A stretch of 63,595 nt of DNA, counting the filler, from Sphacelaria rigidula (lineage: Eukaryota): NCBI GenBank assembly GCA_964200075.2. It is 9 parts of 9 records of this genome, joined end to end, with 100 filler letters (N's around TTAATTAATTAA, not from the genome) between each part and the next. Parts side by side here need not be neighbours in the genome. Positions count along the whole stretch, not along the records: positions 21,234 to 28,210 come from CAXNAA020017115.1; positions 28,311 to 35,287 come from CAXNAA020017116.1; positions 35,388 to 42,364 come from CAXNAA020017117.1; 6 more parts are not named here. One strand, given 5' to 3'. Each line of letters opens with the position of its first letter. Within the stretch, counting starts at the first letter, position 1. A program made the position numbers and the translations under genes. Shown here piece after piece: positions 24,367 to 37,152 of this stretch. The notes under the pieces were generated by a model. The model had not been told where the DNA came from. It worked only from the letters and a program-made list of their open reading frames with translations, and made no database searches.

Positions 24367-26456
24367 AAACCCTCTTCTCGACAAAAGTCGCGAGGGACCG
24401 GAGCGAAGCGAAGGTCCCGAGTGGCTTGTGTATATATTTATATACAACCACTTTCGGCGGCTTACGCCACGCTTAATGGAGCGAGTTCCAGGATACATGT
24501 AACTGGCGATACTCACGTGCGTTGCGCAATCTGGTTGATGCGTCGTGTCTACTGGCGGATGTGTTGACCGGGAGACGATATGGCGAAAAAGAGTAATGTT
24601 GATATTTTCGTAACACGTTTTCCTCCTATATAACACGCGACGGCGGGAGGATGAATGAGTCTCGACAAAAAGCAGAAGCAGCCCACAGAGGACGAGGAAG
24701 GACATTGATCTGAGAGAGGACAGCGTGAAAACGGTCACACTTCGCACACAGATGTCCCACCGGTGAGAGAGCGATGTGTGGATGAACAGGTCACGGAAAA
24801 TTGAAACCGGAGACAAACGATGTGCCAACAGTAGGGCTGAGTAGAGAGACTTTGACCCGAAAGAAGAGAGTCAAAGAGTCACAACCCGCACACCCATCAC
24901 GATGTGTGAACAGTCATGTCACAGTAATCGGAATCAGAAGATTTGATATACCTGAATTAAACGACGTCTTATCGAAAAAAAAAAAAATCGAGCGCGAACG
25001 CGAGGGGCGGGTTATCTCGTGCACGAAAGAACGATTACAGGAATCGGAGCAGGGACAACAATTTTACTGCGGAGTCAAGAGAACAACAGACGGGTCCCCG
25101 AAATCGCCGCGGTAACACGAGGAAAGCAGCCACTGGCGATGGGACAAGTTGAAGTATGCGCCCCAGACAAAAACAATAGCACGCCTCGAAGTTACGGCCA
25201 GTTACCAGAAAGACAGACGAGCAAATAGATGAAAAAACACCTCTCAGCGCGACGTACCAGGCAACGTTATACATAGCGCAGCGCCGAAGCCTGTCAACGG
25301 TGTTCCACATCCCCGCTAGGTCAGTCATTGTTCAAATAAGCGCCTCATGCGCATCAGATGGGAAATCCTCCGGCTCTTCAGTCCAGTACTGTACAGTGAA
25401 GCTAGGGAGGTACCCAGAGACTATGAGGCAACTTGACACACGCGCCACGGCCAAAAAAAGGTGGCCGCAAGCTACGTCTGCTTCGCCATGAGTACAGAGA
25501 CAAGCGAACGGATAGATGCGCACAGCGCATCCCAACGCCATGCAGACAGTACCGAACACAGCGCAGAGAGCAATGTACACTCAACCCAAGTAAGAGCAGA
25601 ATGCACTCGTAAGTCGAGTAAAGACGAATTCTTGGCTTGTTGGCGCCCGAGAGAAGGAAGGCTGAGTTGTCTGCAGGCCAGGACATATTTCCGCTACATT
25701 TTCATAAATATATACGAGCTCGGCCAGCCGAGAAGCGAATTTGTAGTATGCGGGCCCATTCACCGGCGAATATTTAGAGTTGGACCCTGAAATTCGGTAT
25801 GGACCATAAAGAGGGATGTACGGATATAGGTTCAATCCAAACACAACCTCATGACCTGAACATGTACCTTCCATCAATCAACCCACCCAACTCCTTCATT
25901 CAAAACTGCAACCCAACAACGATTCAATGTTGAGAAGGTTTGTAGTTTGGGATCTGGCGGGATACGAGGTACCGTTGAGTGGAAACACGAAACATGAGCA
26001 GCACTGCAGACCGTCAGAATGGATCACCCCCAGACTCGAGCGGTGGCTCGAGCGGGGGTGGTTAATCAGCGCCACCAAGGGATCAAGTAGCAAGACGCAT
26101 GTCATCGACGTTGATGGTGGTTATGCCGTGGTCATCAAAGCCCAGGCCGTGATCGACAGGTACAGCATAGAGTATGAGCTGCCACCGAAAGTCGTCAAGG
26201 CCGTCGGCGATTTTGTCGCATGCCGAAGGGCTTCCAGAGAAGGAGCAGCCGTGAATGCTCCTTCATGTACTCTCTGGGAGTGTACGTGAAGCCGATAGAT
26301 GTTGACGATCCCATGCGCATGTAAAACTGCGATTGTTCGTGTAGTCTTTCTCTATGAACCCCGTTAAAGCCGTTCCGAGCTTTCGTGAACTGTCATTGTC
26401 TGTATTTCGCCACTGTTATAGTGACGTAGGTCCCACCACAGGGGTGATGATAATGC

Positions 26457-27078
26457 CAAGGTCGTGTTTTGTAAGCTACGGTTTTCTGTATACCCGGGGT
26501 ATTTTGTCGGGTATTTACCGCACCCGACAGTTCTGTAAACTCTGGAAGACCTTCATATCCTTACCCGATAGTTCTGTAAGTTCTCTAGGCCTCTCGTACC
26601 GTTACCGGGGGGTAGCATGGGTATGCTCTTAATAAGATACCCGATTGCGGGTACGGTTTTCTGTGCAACCTTCATACCCTACACGACAGTTTGTGTGAGT
26701 TCTGGAAGCCTCCCATACCCTTACCCGACAGGTCTGTAAGTTTTGTACAAAAACTTTACCCTAACCCGAGGGGAGGGTATACCCTGAAAGAGTTACCCGA
26801 TTGCCGGTACCGGTTTTCTGTAAGCCTCCCATGCCGTACCCGACAAGTTCTGTAAGTTCTGTAAGACTTTCATACCGGTACCCGACAGTTCTGTGAGGGT
26901 ATACCCTAAAAGAGTTACCAGATTGCCGGTACCGGTTTTCTGTAAGCCTCCCATGCCGTACCCGACAAGTTCTGTAAGTTATGTAAAACTTTCATACCGG
27001 TACCCGACAGCTCTGTAAGTTCCGTAGGGAATATCATACCCTACAGAACGTACCCGTACATTACAGAACACAACCTTG
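26457..27078. mobile_element. Non-autonomous TIR element (hAT-like) with internal TACCCGACAGTTCTGTAAG repeats
   Basis: 18-bp TIRs CAAGGTCGTGTTTTGTAA / TTACAGAACACAACCTTG (2 mismatches). No clear TSD. Confidence 0.7.
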
Positions 27079-28384
27079 CACCCAAGCTTGTAGAGACAGG
27101 ACCCGACTGACAGTACACACAAGACTATAGGATAGGTAGTGTTACTGCTGTAGTACATCCAATGCATACAGCAAAGTATTGTTGTCCGTGCTGACCGTAC
27201 ATCGAGAACCACGGTGCAGCGAAATTGCAGCTCACTTCAGGTCTGTGCATGCAGCGTGTTGCAAACAGACGTCGCTTTGCAGTACAGACTGCCTACGCAT
27301 CCAAGCCTTGTAGGTGCAGGACGGTACTGAAAGTACACACAAGACTATTAACAGTGTTACTTTTGTAGTACCACAGCCAATGCACACAACACAGCACTGT
27401 CTATACTGTTGTCCGTGCTGTCCATACAATCGAGTACTACGGTGTAACGGGAAAGTCCAACCGTCAGCTCTACAGTCACTTGGTACAGCAAGGCGGTGTT
27501 CTAATTGCTCGTGTTGCGTCACGCAGCCCACCATGTATTGCTCGGTCAATATATTACGGTAGTACAGACAGACGGTGCGGACCGTACACCACGACAGCAG
27601 AGTGTTGTGTCTCTCTCGCGCCCCAGAATTTGAAATTAAGCCCACACGCCTTGTAGAAAACGATGAACACTACTTTTCCAATGTTGAGATAGCGTCAATC
27701 ACGTAAAAAGGGTTAAATAAATAAAACGGTTGAAAAATGTGCTGTTGAAAAGGGGCTTTTTTGATCACGGGTTTTTTCATACATAAGAAGTAGCCTAATT
27801 GGCGATTTACTCAGGATCTCTCGCTTGCTCATCATATTGGGGATCTGAAGGTAGGTGTATCCGTTTTACATTTCAAGAGAAAAAAAAATTGTACTCAATA
27901 TTGAGTGACTTACGGGCTAACCAGTCATCGGGGGCCCTGATACGTTTCAGCCTAGATTTTGACTCTTCGATATTTTCGGTCGATCGAGCCTGTCCCGATC
28001 GTATTTTGTAGAGAAATGTACAGGTTTATTTTTCTGGAATTCCACCTACTTATTGCACTAGAGCAGAAAAACTGTGTTTCACGGTCAATAGCACCCTCCT
28101 GATAAACGGGGTATCCCCCGATAACACCAACTAACACTAACTTGGGCACTGGAGGGGGGGGGGGCGTACTCATTTGTTGCTTGCCTTAGTCGTGTGACCA
28201 TTAACCACGCNNNNNNNNNNNNNNNNNNNNNNNNNNNNNNNNNNNNNNNNNNNNTTAATTAATTAANNNNNNNNNNNNNNNNNNNNNNNNNNNNNNNNNN
28301 NNNNNNNNNNGGATGCGTGGTCGATGGTCAAACGACTAAGGCAAGCAACAAATGAGAACCCCCCCCCACACACACACAAACGTT

Positions 28385-28693
28385 CCTCTATCCATGAGGC
28401 AGTGTAACCTACGGCTGTCTCTGGAAGTGACGGTACCAGCAATAGCATAAACACATTCCAGTCTGTCATCCATTATGCAAAGTAGCCAGTACGTTCCGGA
28501 CGGAGCCATCGTAGCAGGATGCAGCTCTCCCGTCATGCGACTCGTCGAACACATCACGACGCTTCGCACTTGGTGATCGATCGCGAGCCTGGTCGGGCGA
28601 AAACCTGGCGTGCTCCGTCCCAGCTTTTTAGGGATGCGACGCCAACGGTCTAATGAGTACGGCATGCAAAATTATGAGTACACCCCCCCCCCT
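28385..28693 (+). mobile_element. 3' fragment of a putative non-LTR retroelement ending GAGTAC+(C)n; related copies at ~20843-20910, 28150-28210(-), 28311-28368, 42466-42528, 49300-49441, 52490-52596, 53990-54371
   Basis: Shared core GGGATGCGnGGTCAATGGTCA...GGCAwGCA...ATGAGTAC followed by C-tracts. The 5' ends vary. Confidence 0.65.
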
Positions 28694-28744
28694 CCTCTCC
28701 CTCCGGTCCCTCTCTTCACTTTGAAATAGCGTTCTCTGCAACAC

Positions 28745-31700
28745 CTAAGTTGATTTTTTCGTGGCTACGTCCGACTCGGTAACGACAGTGACGCGGCGGG
28801 TTTCCGCCCGGCCATCGCGCCGAACCGTTACTTCGATGCTTCGTCCCACCTCACGTCCAATACGCTGCAGGACCTGGTGTGTCACATTATGTCGTACCGG
28901 TAGGGAATCGTCCGGGAGAGGAGAGAGAGGGGGGGAGGGGGGGGAAGTGGGGTGCCAGAGGTGAACAGGGAAGGGAGGGAGAGGTATCCGTGCCGAATCA
29001 GAATAAAATATCTCATTTTATTGGTCGGTGGTTTCGTCAGCATCTACAACCATGGTGAAGTTGTGCACTAATTACTGCAGCTAAAGGAAAATTACGCACG
29101 TCGGACGAGTCATTACTCGTCGAAACGAGTGCACTCGTGGATGGTGTTTGGAAACGCAACGAGCACGACTCGTGTGCTCCACTCACTACTTTTTTTGCAA
29201 CGAGCAATGGCTCGTGTGCTCGCCCTATGAAGTTTTCCCACCACGAACAATGACTAGAGTGCTCGCCTTATTAGTTTGTTTCCACAACGAGCAATGACTC
29301 GAATGCTCGCCCTATTAATATTTCTCCACAACGAGCAATGACTCGAGTGCTCGTCCTATTAATTGTTTCCACAATGAACCATGACTCGAGTGCTCGCCCT
29401 AGTAATCTTTTCCCAGAACCAGCAATGACTCGAGTGTTCGCCCTATAACTTTGTTTCCACAACGAGCAATGACTCGAGTGCTCGCCCCATTAACCCTTTT
29501 GCATGGGACCGGCCCCTCACTAACACGAGGTTGATCATGTCTTCGTGAAATAGTCAAAAATCAGTCAGGGAGCGACCTGGCCATTCACGGCGAGGCGAAA
29601 TTTATCGACCAGACCCGAACGACCAGCGCGGGGACTGTTGCCGAGTGTGATGTCACTGCAAAGATAGTGTGGGGGCCCTGTCCTTGGCCCAGATAAGCCT
29701 TCCCAGGTTTCTAAAGCCAGGGTGCTCGGAGCATGGCTTATCGTATTACTTGCATTTAGTATAGCGTTCCCGGGGGTTCCCAGGAGTTTGTTGGGGTCGA
29801 CAGCCTATACTAAAACGAAGTGATTACACCAACACAGAATGGAGTGGGAAAATCGTGAAGGAGTGTACCTGCCACAGTGTGGTCATTTTCACGAGGCACT
29901 AAACCCAGGTGGGCCGTGGAAAGACAAAAGGAGCTACCATCATGAATTCTGCTTACCCCTCTGCCGATGACTTGCACAACACTGCGAACATGAATGTAGT
30001 GGGTGGGGATGAACAAGCTGTGTATAGGCAGCTGATCTCCATCGCAGAGAACTGCCCAAAACGTGCAAGGGAGTATGTGGCGGCAGCTGCTGCTGCAGTC
30101 GGAGGGGCGTACTGCACTTACTGTACTGTACTGTACTGTATGTTTGTGCGCCGCAACGCCAATACCCTTTGAAGAGAATTTGTTGCATGCAACAAAGAGG
30201 AAAATGGCGGCCCACCCTGACCACAAAGGGCTGTGTGGCAAGGTGATGAGGACATTATTATCACCCAAGGCCACAAGTGGCGGGCGGCCCGCCGGTAGCC
30301 GCATCCTGTTGAAAGCTCTCTACCGCGACCCGTACTGCTTGCTACATCAGATGTACATTACCTAATGCGCACCCTGCACCTGAAAATAGATTGGATGGAA
30401 CTTTCGGTCTTCCTCATCACCCTGTGGTCACATACGCGGATTTTCAGCAACACTTGACTGTTTCGTGCAGACGTCAGACAGTTCCTTCCTAACCAGCCTC
30501 ATTGGTCGTTCTGGGGGCCCGGTCCCGAAGGGGTTACTTTTTTCCACAACGAGCAATGACTCGAGTGCTCGCTCTATCAATATATTTCCACAATGAGCAA
30601 TGACTCGAGTGCTGGCCCTATCAGTTTGTTTCCACAACGAGCAATGACTCGAGTGCTCGCCCTATTAATATATTTTCACAACGAGCAATGACTCGAGTGC
30701 TCGCCCCATCAATATTTTCCCCAACGAGCCATGACTCGAGTTCTCGCCCTCTTAATTTTTTCCTTTACGAGCAATGACTCGAGTTCTCGCCCTCTTAATT
30801 TTTCCCACAACGAGCAATGACTCGAGTGCTCGCTCTATGAATTCTTACGGTCAACGAGCAGCCCAACGAGTGCGAGTGCCACGAGTCACACTCGTGCTCG
30901 TCCGACGTATGAAAACTTAAAGCATTGAGAACACATTAGGAAACCACAAAGGGCGTGCCAGATAGGGTATACCCGATACCCGGGTATTTTGAAAAGTCCT
31001 ATTGATACCCAAAAAATTGGGTTAGAGCATTGGGAGTGGACGCAATGTACCCAACCTTCGGGTGGAGTATTGGAAATCGTACCCAGATTACCAAGACATT
31101 GAGTAGAGTGTTGAGGCCACACCCAAGTTATACTTTACACCCTGGAATTGCTGAGAGTATTTACCTCAAACTTTGGGTAGAGTATTCGAGGTCGTACCCA
31201 ATCTACCCCAAAAATGGATAGGATATTAGAGATCGTACCCAAATTATCCAAATTTGGGCAGAATATTGAGGTCATACCTACGTGATACTTCATACCCAGG
31301 TATTGCTCAGAGTATTTACCCAAATCTCGGGTACAGTATTTGAGGTCGTGCCCAATCTACCTACAATATGGGTAGAGTATCCGAGGTCGGACCCAATCTA
31401 CTCATATTTCGGATAGAGTATCTCAAGTCGAACCCCATCTATTCAAACATTGGGCAAAGCAAATAGCTGGGTATTTCTCCCGGGTACCCAAGAGCAGACG
31501 TCCTACCCAACACGTACTCGGAAAACACACAATTTCCCACAACCTCTTCGCACACTGGATATTTATGGTGGAATCTCGAGCCGCACGCCGGCTCTTTACC
31601 AAGTAGCTCTGCACTGTCTCCACGGATATTGTTCGAATAAGGAACAACGCTCAGACATCGATGGAGTCAATCAACATATTCTCGTATCAAGAGATAATAC

Positions 31701-34700
31701 AAAGCCTTACAGACAGATGAACTGCAAGTATCGTCTAACCGATTACAAAGGTAATCATCATGGCCGACCTTCGATGTATAATTCGCCACCTGCATCTTGA
31801 GTCCTTTTACGGCGTATCGAGTTCACATGACCCTTTTGTGCGGGGGCACCGAGGCAACATATGACGTCACGAAAGCGCAACAGCAAAATGAAGCGGTCAG
31901 CAAAAAACATTGGTGGTAGGAACCAAAGAACCCTTGCAGGAAAGTAAAATGTAGCGCCGTGCGCGTGTGTCGGATGAGTGCAGTCAGTACGTAGGTGCGT
32001 TTAACGAAACATTCATCGTGCTGACATTAACACGTCCAACACATTTTTTTTTTTCCTTCCCACTTGAAACCCCTGCACCTCCATTAGGCGAGTCCGTGAT
32101 TTCACGGATTCAACCCACCCCTTCCCCGTTATCACAACGGTATCTGCTTTGTGCGCATGCCAAAAGTAAAACGCGTTGCAAGTCGAAGTACAACGTATAT
32201 ACATCTTAGACAAATTGTCCAGATCGAGAGGGGTCGGCAAAGTCAGCAACGGTCACGACAGCATGCAGATTGCTGTCCGATACTCGCCAAGTGCGAGAAG
32301 AATAGGCAACGGTCACGAGGACAAGCAACAGTATCATCCCGCCTCAACCTACCCGAAAAATAAAAATGACAGTTTCGGCGGAAACTTGAGCCGGCACCAT
32401 CTTCCGTATCACGGTACTCGTACAATGTTGGCCCATAGACATCCGAGGCGAGACGTCACGACACTTGGGAGCCGGCGGAAGTATATGTTCATGACAATGA
32501 CACTGTGACGCCGACTGTTGATAAGTCAAGGTTGGGTATTGCTCGCCTGTGGCTATACCGCAGCTGATGGTTGACTTGTGAGTCACTCCCGGGCAATCGC
32601 AACGCTTCGTACTTAGCTTCTCACGCGAAAGCGCACACAAGAGAGTCGAGATGATAGCACTTAATCACCTGCACCAATGCACGTGCGAAACTTCCAACAC
32701 CCGAGCGGTGTAGACCCGCTTGTCTTGATTTGTGCATCTATGATTACTTGTCGCACACCGTCGCCGGGTTTCCGCATACACGCGTCACATAGGAAGTCAG
32801 AGGGTGACGGACAGCAACCGAGCGAGCTCTTCTACTTTCCAGCCCAAAACATGGACTTATAATCTCAAACAGTGGTCTCCATCAATGTACTGGTGTAGTA
32901 GCTGTGGGGTTTTTGTCACAATTGTGACCACTTCATGGAGAAGACAATGCCGTCTGATTGTCGTGCTTTACCAAGTCCCTCTCATCCGGCCATCAATTTT
33001 CAGCCCATATCATCTCACCATCGACATGCTCTGTGTTCAACACAGAACACCGACCCATACTGCCAATTTCAAGGCCCGAGTCCCTCTCATCCGGCCATCA
33101 ATTTCCAGCCCGTATCATCTCACGATCGATATGCTCTGTCTTCAACACAGAACACCGACCACACTGCCAGTTTCAAGACAAGCGGGTCTACACCGAATCA
33201 TTTTTCATGTGCACAAAATCAACTCGGCGATTTGATACTACCACGGTCGCCGCAGTTTCGACGGAAGTGGATCTTCCAAGACGCACTCTTGCCCCGTCCA
33301 AAACAGGGAGACACTTTAAAAGTGAGAAAAAAAAAAACAGCGTAAATATTCCAATAGTGCAATGACACAAAAAAAAAGTGCTACCAAGAAAAATAATGAA
33401 AAGGCAAGGAAGAATCAAACTATGGTACGCGTAACGCTTAAGTAGTAGATACGTACGTCTGTAGTTGTGGTCACCGGCTTCCCGTCAAACTCCGTAATCA
33501 AGTCGCCAAAGCGAAGTCCGGCCGCCTCTGCCGCCCCACCCGGCGTTACGCTCAATATCTGTTCGTGTTACACAGCGAAATCAAAAGGATTGATGCTTTT
33601 TCACACAGAGTGACGATACTCGGTGTGCCGTGGCACACGGTGGATAACACCCATTCGCTGACCATCACGACTATCACGCCCTACATAACATCCCCAGATG
33701 ATGAGATAATTTGGATATTTTGGCATCATGTCGATACCGAAAGTATTACGCCACGATACGTTAGATATCACCCTCCCAAAAAGGTGCCCAGTCAAAATCT
33801 CCCTCTCTCCATCTCTCTCCATCTCTTGATTTATCTCTCTCTTCCTCCCTCTCACCATGACGCCCCTGCCCGTAGCCTGTCCTGGGTCAGCTGCTACGAG
33901 ACGCATACCCAGCTGAGGCCTATCCACCCGTCCTTGACTTATTAACTCTGTCACGATCTGGAGAGGCAGCAATCATGGGTGGCGATGAACCATAACACCA
34001 GAGAAGACAGGGGTCAAACCGGAACAAAAGTATCTGATGACAGATTGTGGCGTAAAAACTGTCATCGCAAAACGAACTGTCATCGCAAAACGAACTGTCA
34101 TCGCAAAACGAACTGTCACCTCAAGATCCAACATCTGCAGACCAAAAAAGCCGACGTGGTAAACAAGCAGGAAATGGAAAAGACCTGCGGACACAGAAAT
34201 CGACCAACCAGCCTGCGTTACATTCACTCACCACGAGTTCGATCGAATTGAGACTGAATCGGATCGAATCGAACCGACAGACCCAGGGCTACATAGCATC
34301 GACCATTTTCGACCAGCTCTCGCATGCAAAATCTATCGCTCCCATCAGTCAGCGCCCAGCACCCAGTAATACAGCCCACAATTTCACATACTCGTCCCCA
34401 CATCATGGTGTTCATTTACCATTTGAAATACACCAGGTCCCTACTCCACAGCGCAATAACACCGCGATGCGGGCGTAGTAACTAGTAGGGTATCTCTCCG
34501 TGGGACGACAAAAGTGCATATTCTCGACCATTTCCGACCAGCTCTCGCATGCAATATCTATCGCTCCCATCAATCAGCGCCCATCACCCAGTAATACAGC
34601 CAACGATTTCACATGCTCGTCCCCACATCACGGCGTTCATTTACCATTTGGAATACAGCAGGTCCCTACTCCACGACGCAATAACACCGCGATGCGGACA

Positions 34701-35043
34701 TAGTAACTAGTAGGGTATCTCTCCGTGGAAAGACAAGAGTGCTCGCGTCGGACAGCCACTTCCCCATCCTCACAATAGAAGAGAAAAGCATATCAATACA
34801 CCACACTTCAGTATGATCTTCTAAGACACATATTCAACCAGAAAAAAAAAAGTCGGAGCTTGACAGCACGACACGTGTGGAACACCCAAACGCTCCGCAA
34901 ATATCAGTACGGGAATTTGATGATTTGAACCAGGAAAAATCAGTATCGTTCCCCCCATATATACGCACTTACCTGCCAGGCCGTGTCGATGGGAATGGCG
35001 AAGCCCAGTCCTTCTGCACCGTGGAGCTTGAGCGTGTTGATAC
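28745..35043 (-). CDS. HtrA/Deg-family serine protease, C-terminal part; exons complement(join(28745-28873,33457-33558,33856-33957,34973-35043)); 5' part beyond the contig
   Basis: Spliced product GINTLKLHGAEGLGFAIPIDTAWQ-IVTELISQGRVDRPQLGMRLV...-ILSVTPGGAAEAAGLRFGDLITEFDGKPVTTTTD-VLQRIGREVGRSIEVTVRRDG...* is the end of a trypsin-like domain plus a PDZ domain. All introns are GT-AG with consistent phases. Confidence 0.93.
29098..30908. mobile_element. TIR element made of ~16 tandem ~43-bp units (CAACGAGCAATGACTCGAGTGCTCGCCC plus an AT-rich linker)
   Basis: 12-bp TIRs ACGTCGGACGAG / CTCGTCCGACGT. About 8 units lie on each side of a nested insertion. Confidence 0.8.
29494..30533. mobile_element. 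piggyBac-like non-autonomous element nested in the 43-bp array
   Basis: TTAA|CCCTTTTGCATGGGACCGGCCCC ... GGGGCCCGGTCCCGAAGGGG|TTAC. It sits at the TTAA present in the repeat-unit linker. Confidence 0.72.
31060..31445. repeat. Degenerate tandem repeat (~37-40 bp; GGGTAGAGTATTCGAGGTCGTACCCAATCTAC-like)
   Basis: Recurring GGGTAGAGTAT...GTCGTACCCAA motif. Confidence 0.7.
32706..33195. mobile_element. Putative MITE with perfect 23-bp TIRs and an internal ~107-bp tandem duplication
   Basis: CGGTGTAGACCCGCTTGTCTTGA (32706-32728) is the reverse complement of 33173-33195. Duplication at 32972-33180. No TSD seen. Confidence 0.6.
34299..34728. repeat. ~225-bp tandem duplication within a HtrA intron
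   Basis: 34299-34502 is repeated at 34524-34728. Confidence 0.85.
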
Positions 35044-35429
35044 CTGACGACCGAAACGCACCAAACGATCGCTCACCAGTTACGGAAAATTATGGTCATT
35101 CTCTGAGACTGACGCAAGAAGCTTTCTTGATCTTGGTTGGTTGCGGCACTCTTGTGCTTCACTGGACGCGACCTCCGTCTAAATGCTTTCTGGAGGTGCG
35201 CGTCGTTGAGACATGTCTTCAGAGTGAAATGATGTCCCCCTTCCCTCATGCTGCTTCTTACACGCATATGTTGCCGTATGGATCCCGNNNNNNNNNNNNN
35301 NNNNNNNNNNNNNNNNNNNNNNNNNNNNNNNTTAATTAATTAANNNNNNNNNNNNNNNNNNNNNNNNNNNNNNNNNNNNNNNNNNNNGAACCTCATTTTT
35401 TTTTTCAACCCCATTTTCGAAAATCGGCT

Positions 35430-36924
35430 GTTTATTCATTAAATCTGCAACGAGTTTTCCCCTGTACTGTAATTTAGCAGGTTTTTCTCGTTTTATCTTC
35501 AGGCCTTGGTGCACAGGCTTCGTTCTTTTTTCGGCCCCTCCAGCCCATAATTCCTTTTTGTTTAGCCTTATGTATAAGGCTGGGGGCATGTCATGGATTT
35601 ATTGGCCATTTTCCAGTCGACTAGGCCCCATGTGTCATACTCTTGTCATGCCTTGTACCAGATTATCTACCCATGTTTTCCCAGAGCTGTTAGGATTGAT
35701 CCCAGCACGTACAGCAGCCTGTCGCCGATGATGCAAGAAGCATTTACGCCATCCACGGACTGCGATATCACAGGTGTCGCTGGTCTTCGTCTAAACTAAG
35801 CCTGACTTGCCTGCAGCTGGTGTTGCCTCGAGCATGCGTTGCAGGTGGAGAGTTACTTCGAACCATCTTGCATGCATAATTATCATCGAACTCGGTCGGA
35901 TCCTGGGGCTTACATGTCTTTTGAGATGACTACTCGGGTGCCCACGAACTGGCACCCTTCACCTCTAGACATCCACCTCGTGATTCGTGACATGGTGCCC
36001 AACCCGTAAGTTACTTGCGTGCCGATGGTGTCACCCCCGGCGACGTCCCACCAAAAACAACAAAAATGTTTTTTTTTTTGTTTTGTGGGGGGGGGGGTGT
36101 TATTGCGTCATGGGTTTGATCTGCACTACAACACAACATCAATGTGCCATGAATCCTGCTTCGGCTCTCCCACTCTTTCGCTCTGTCGTCTACTTACCAT
36201 ACGTACGTCGAGCATGAGAAGTTCAGCATAGGCTATGTAGTTCGTTCTCGTCCCGTGGTACCCTTTGTTTATCCCTAGTTTTGCCCCGTGGGTGCCCTGT
36301 GCTCCGTCTTTCCGCCCGCTGCATAATTACACCGTACTCATGCACAAACAGATCATCGGGTGATCAGAACCAGCTCCTCAACAGTGTCGCGCCCTACGAT
36401 ATGACGGAGGTAACCAGACGTTCAAAGCACAATGACCTGAGCCGATATATATATTGAATGAAAGGCATATACGATCGGTACGAGGACATGTACGAGCATC
36501 ATCAGGAGGTGCTACAATTTTTCATCCCGGCGGACTCGTCATTTTACTTTGGGCTGCATGATGGAGACGGCTACTCTTCAGGGCTTCTGGAGGCTGCTGC
36601 TACACATGGCCGTGGTGTCTATCCATGCTGCTGTGGTGTCTTCGCCACACGGCTGTGTTGTTGTTCTGTGCTGTTGCTCGTCGCTGCCGCGCCGCTGCTG
36701 TGTGTTGCTGCTGCCCGCCGCACGGCTGTGCTGTTGTTTTGTGCTGTTGCTCGCGCTGCCGTACCGCCGTTGCGCCGTCGTTTGTTGAAGCCGTGCCGGT
36801 GTTGCGTTGCCCTTATTGCGGTGCTGCTGCTGCTCGACGCACTGGTGTGCTGTTGCTGCCTGCCGTTGTTGTGTTTCCTACGCGCGGCTGTGTCGTCGCT
36901 ACTGTTGCTGCTTTACCGCTGCCT

Positions 36925-36990
<66 letters not shown>
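35430..36990 (+). repeat. ~1.55-kb direct repeat, copy 1 (copy 2 at 40826-42364)
   Basis: Colinear high-identity match. Both copies run into a (GTT)n tract. Confidence 0.92.
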
Positions 36991-36995
<5 letters not shown>

Positions 36996-37105
36996 GCTGC
37001 TGTTGCTGCTGCTGTCGTTGTTGCTGTTGCTGTTGCCGTTGCCGTTGCTGTTGCTGTCTGCTGTCTGCTGTCTGCTGTCTGCTGTCTGCTGTCTGCTGTC
37101 TGCTG

Positions 37106-37150
<45 letters not shown>
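36924..37150. repeat. Compound microsatellite (GTT)n/(GCT)n/(CTGCTGT)n
   Basis: Read directly from the sequence. Confidence 0.95.

Positions 37151-37152
<2 letters not shown>

Noticed and set aside
29150-30870. CRISPR-like array of palindromic ~30-bp repeats
   Set aside because: The linkers are only ~11-14 bp, AT-rich and similar to each other. There are no cas genes, and the array lies within TIRs in a eukaryotic intron. It is a minisatellite.
34966-34978. U1 snRNA 5' end (ACTTACCTG)
   Set aside because: It is the reverse complement of the HtrA exon donor CAG|GTAAGT.
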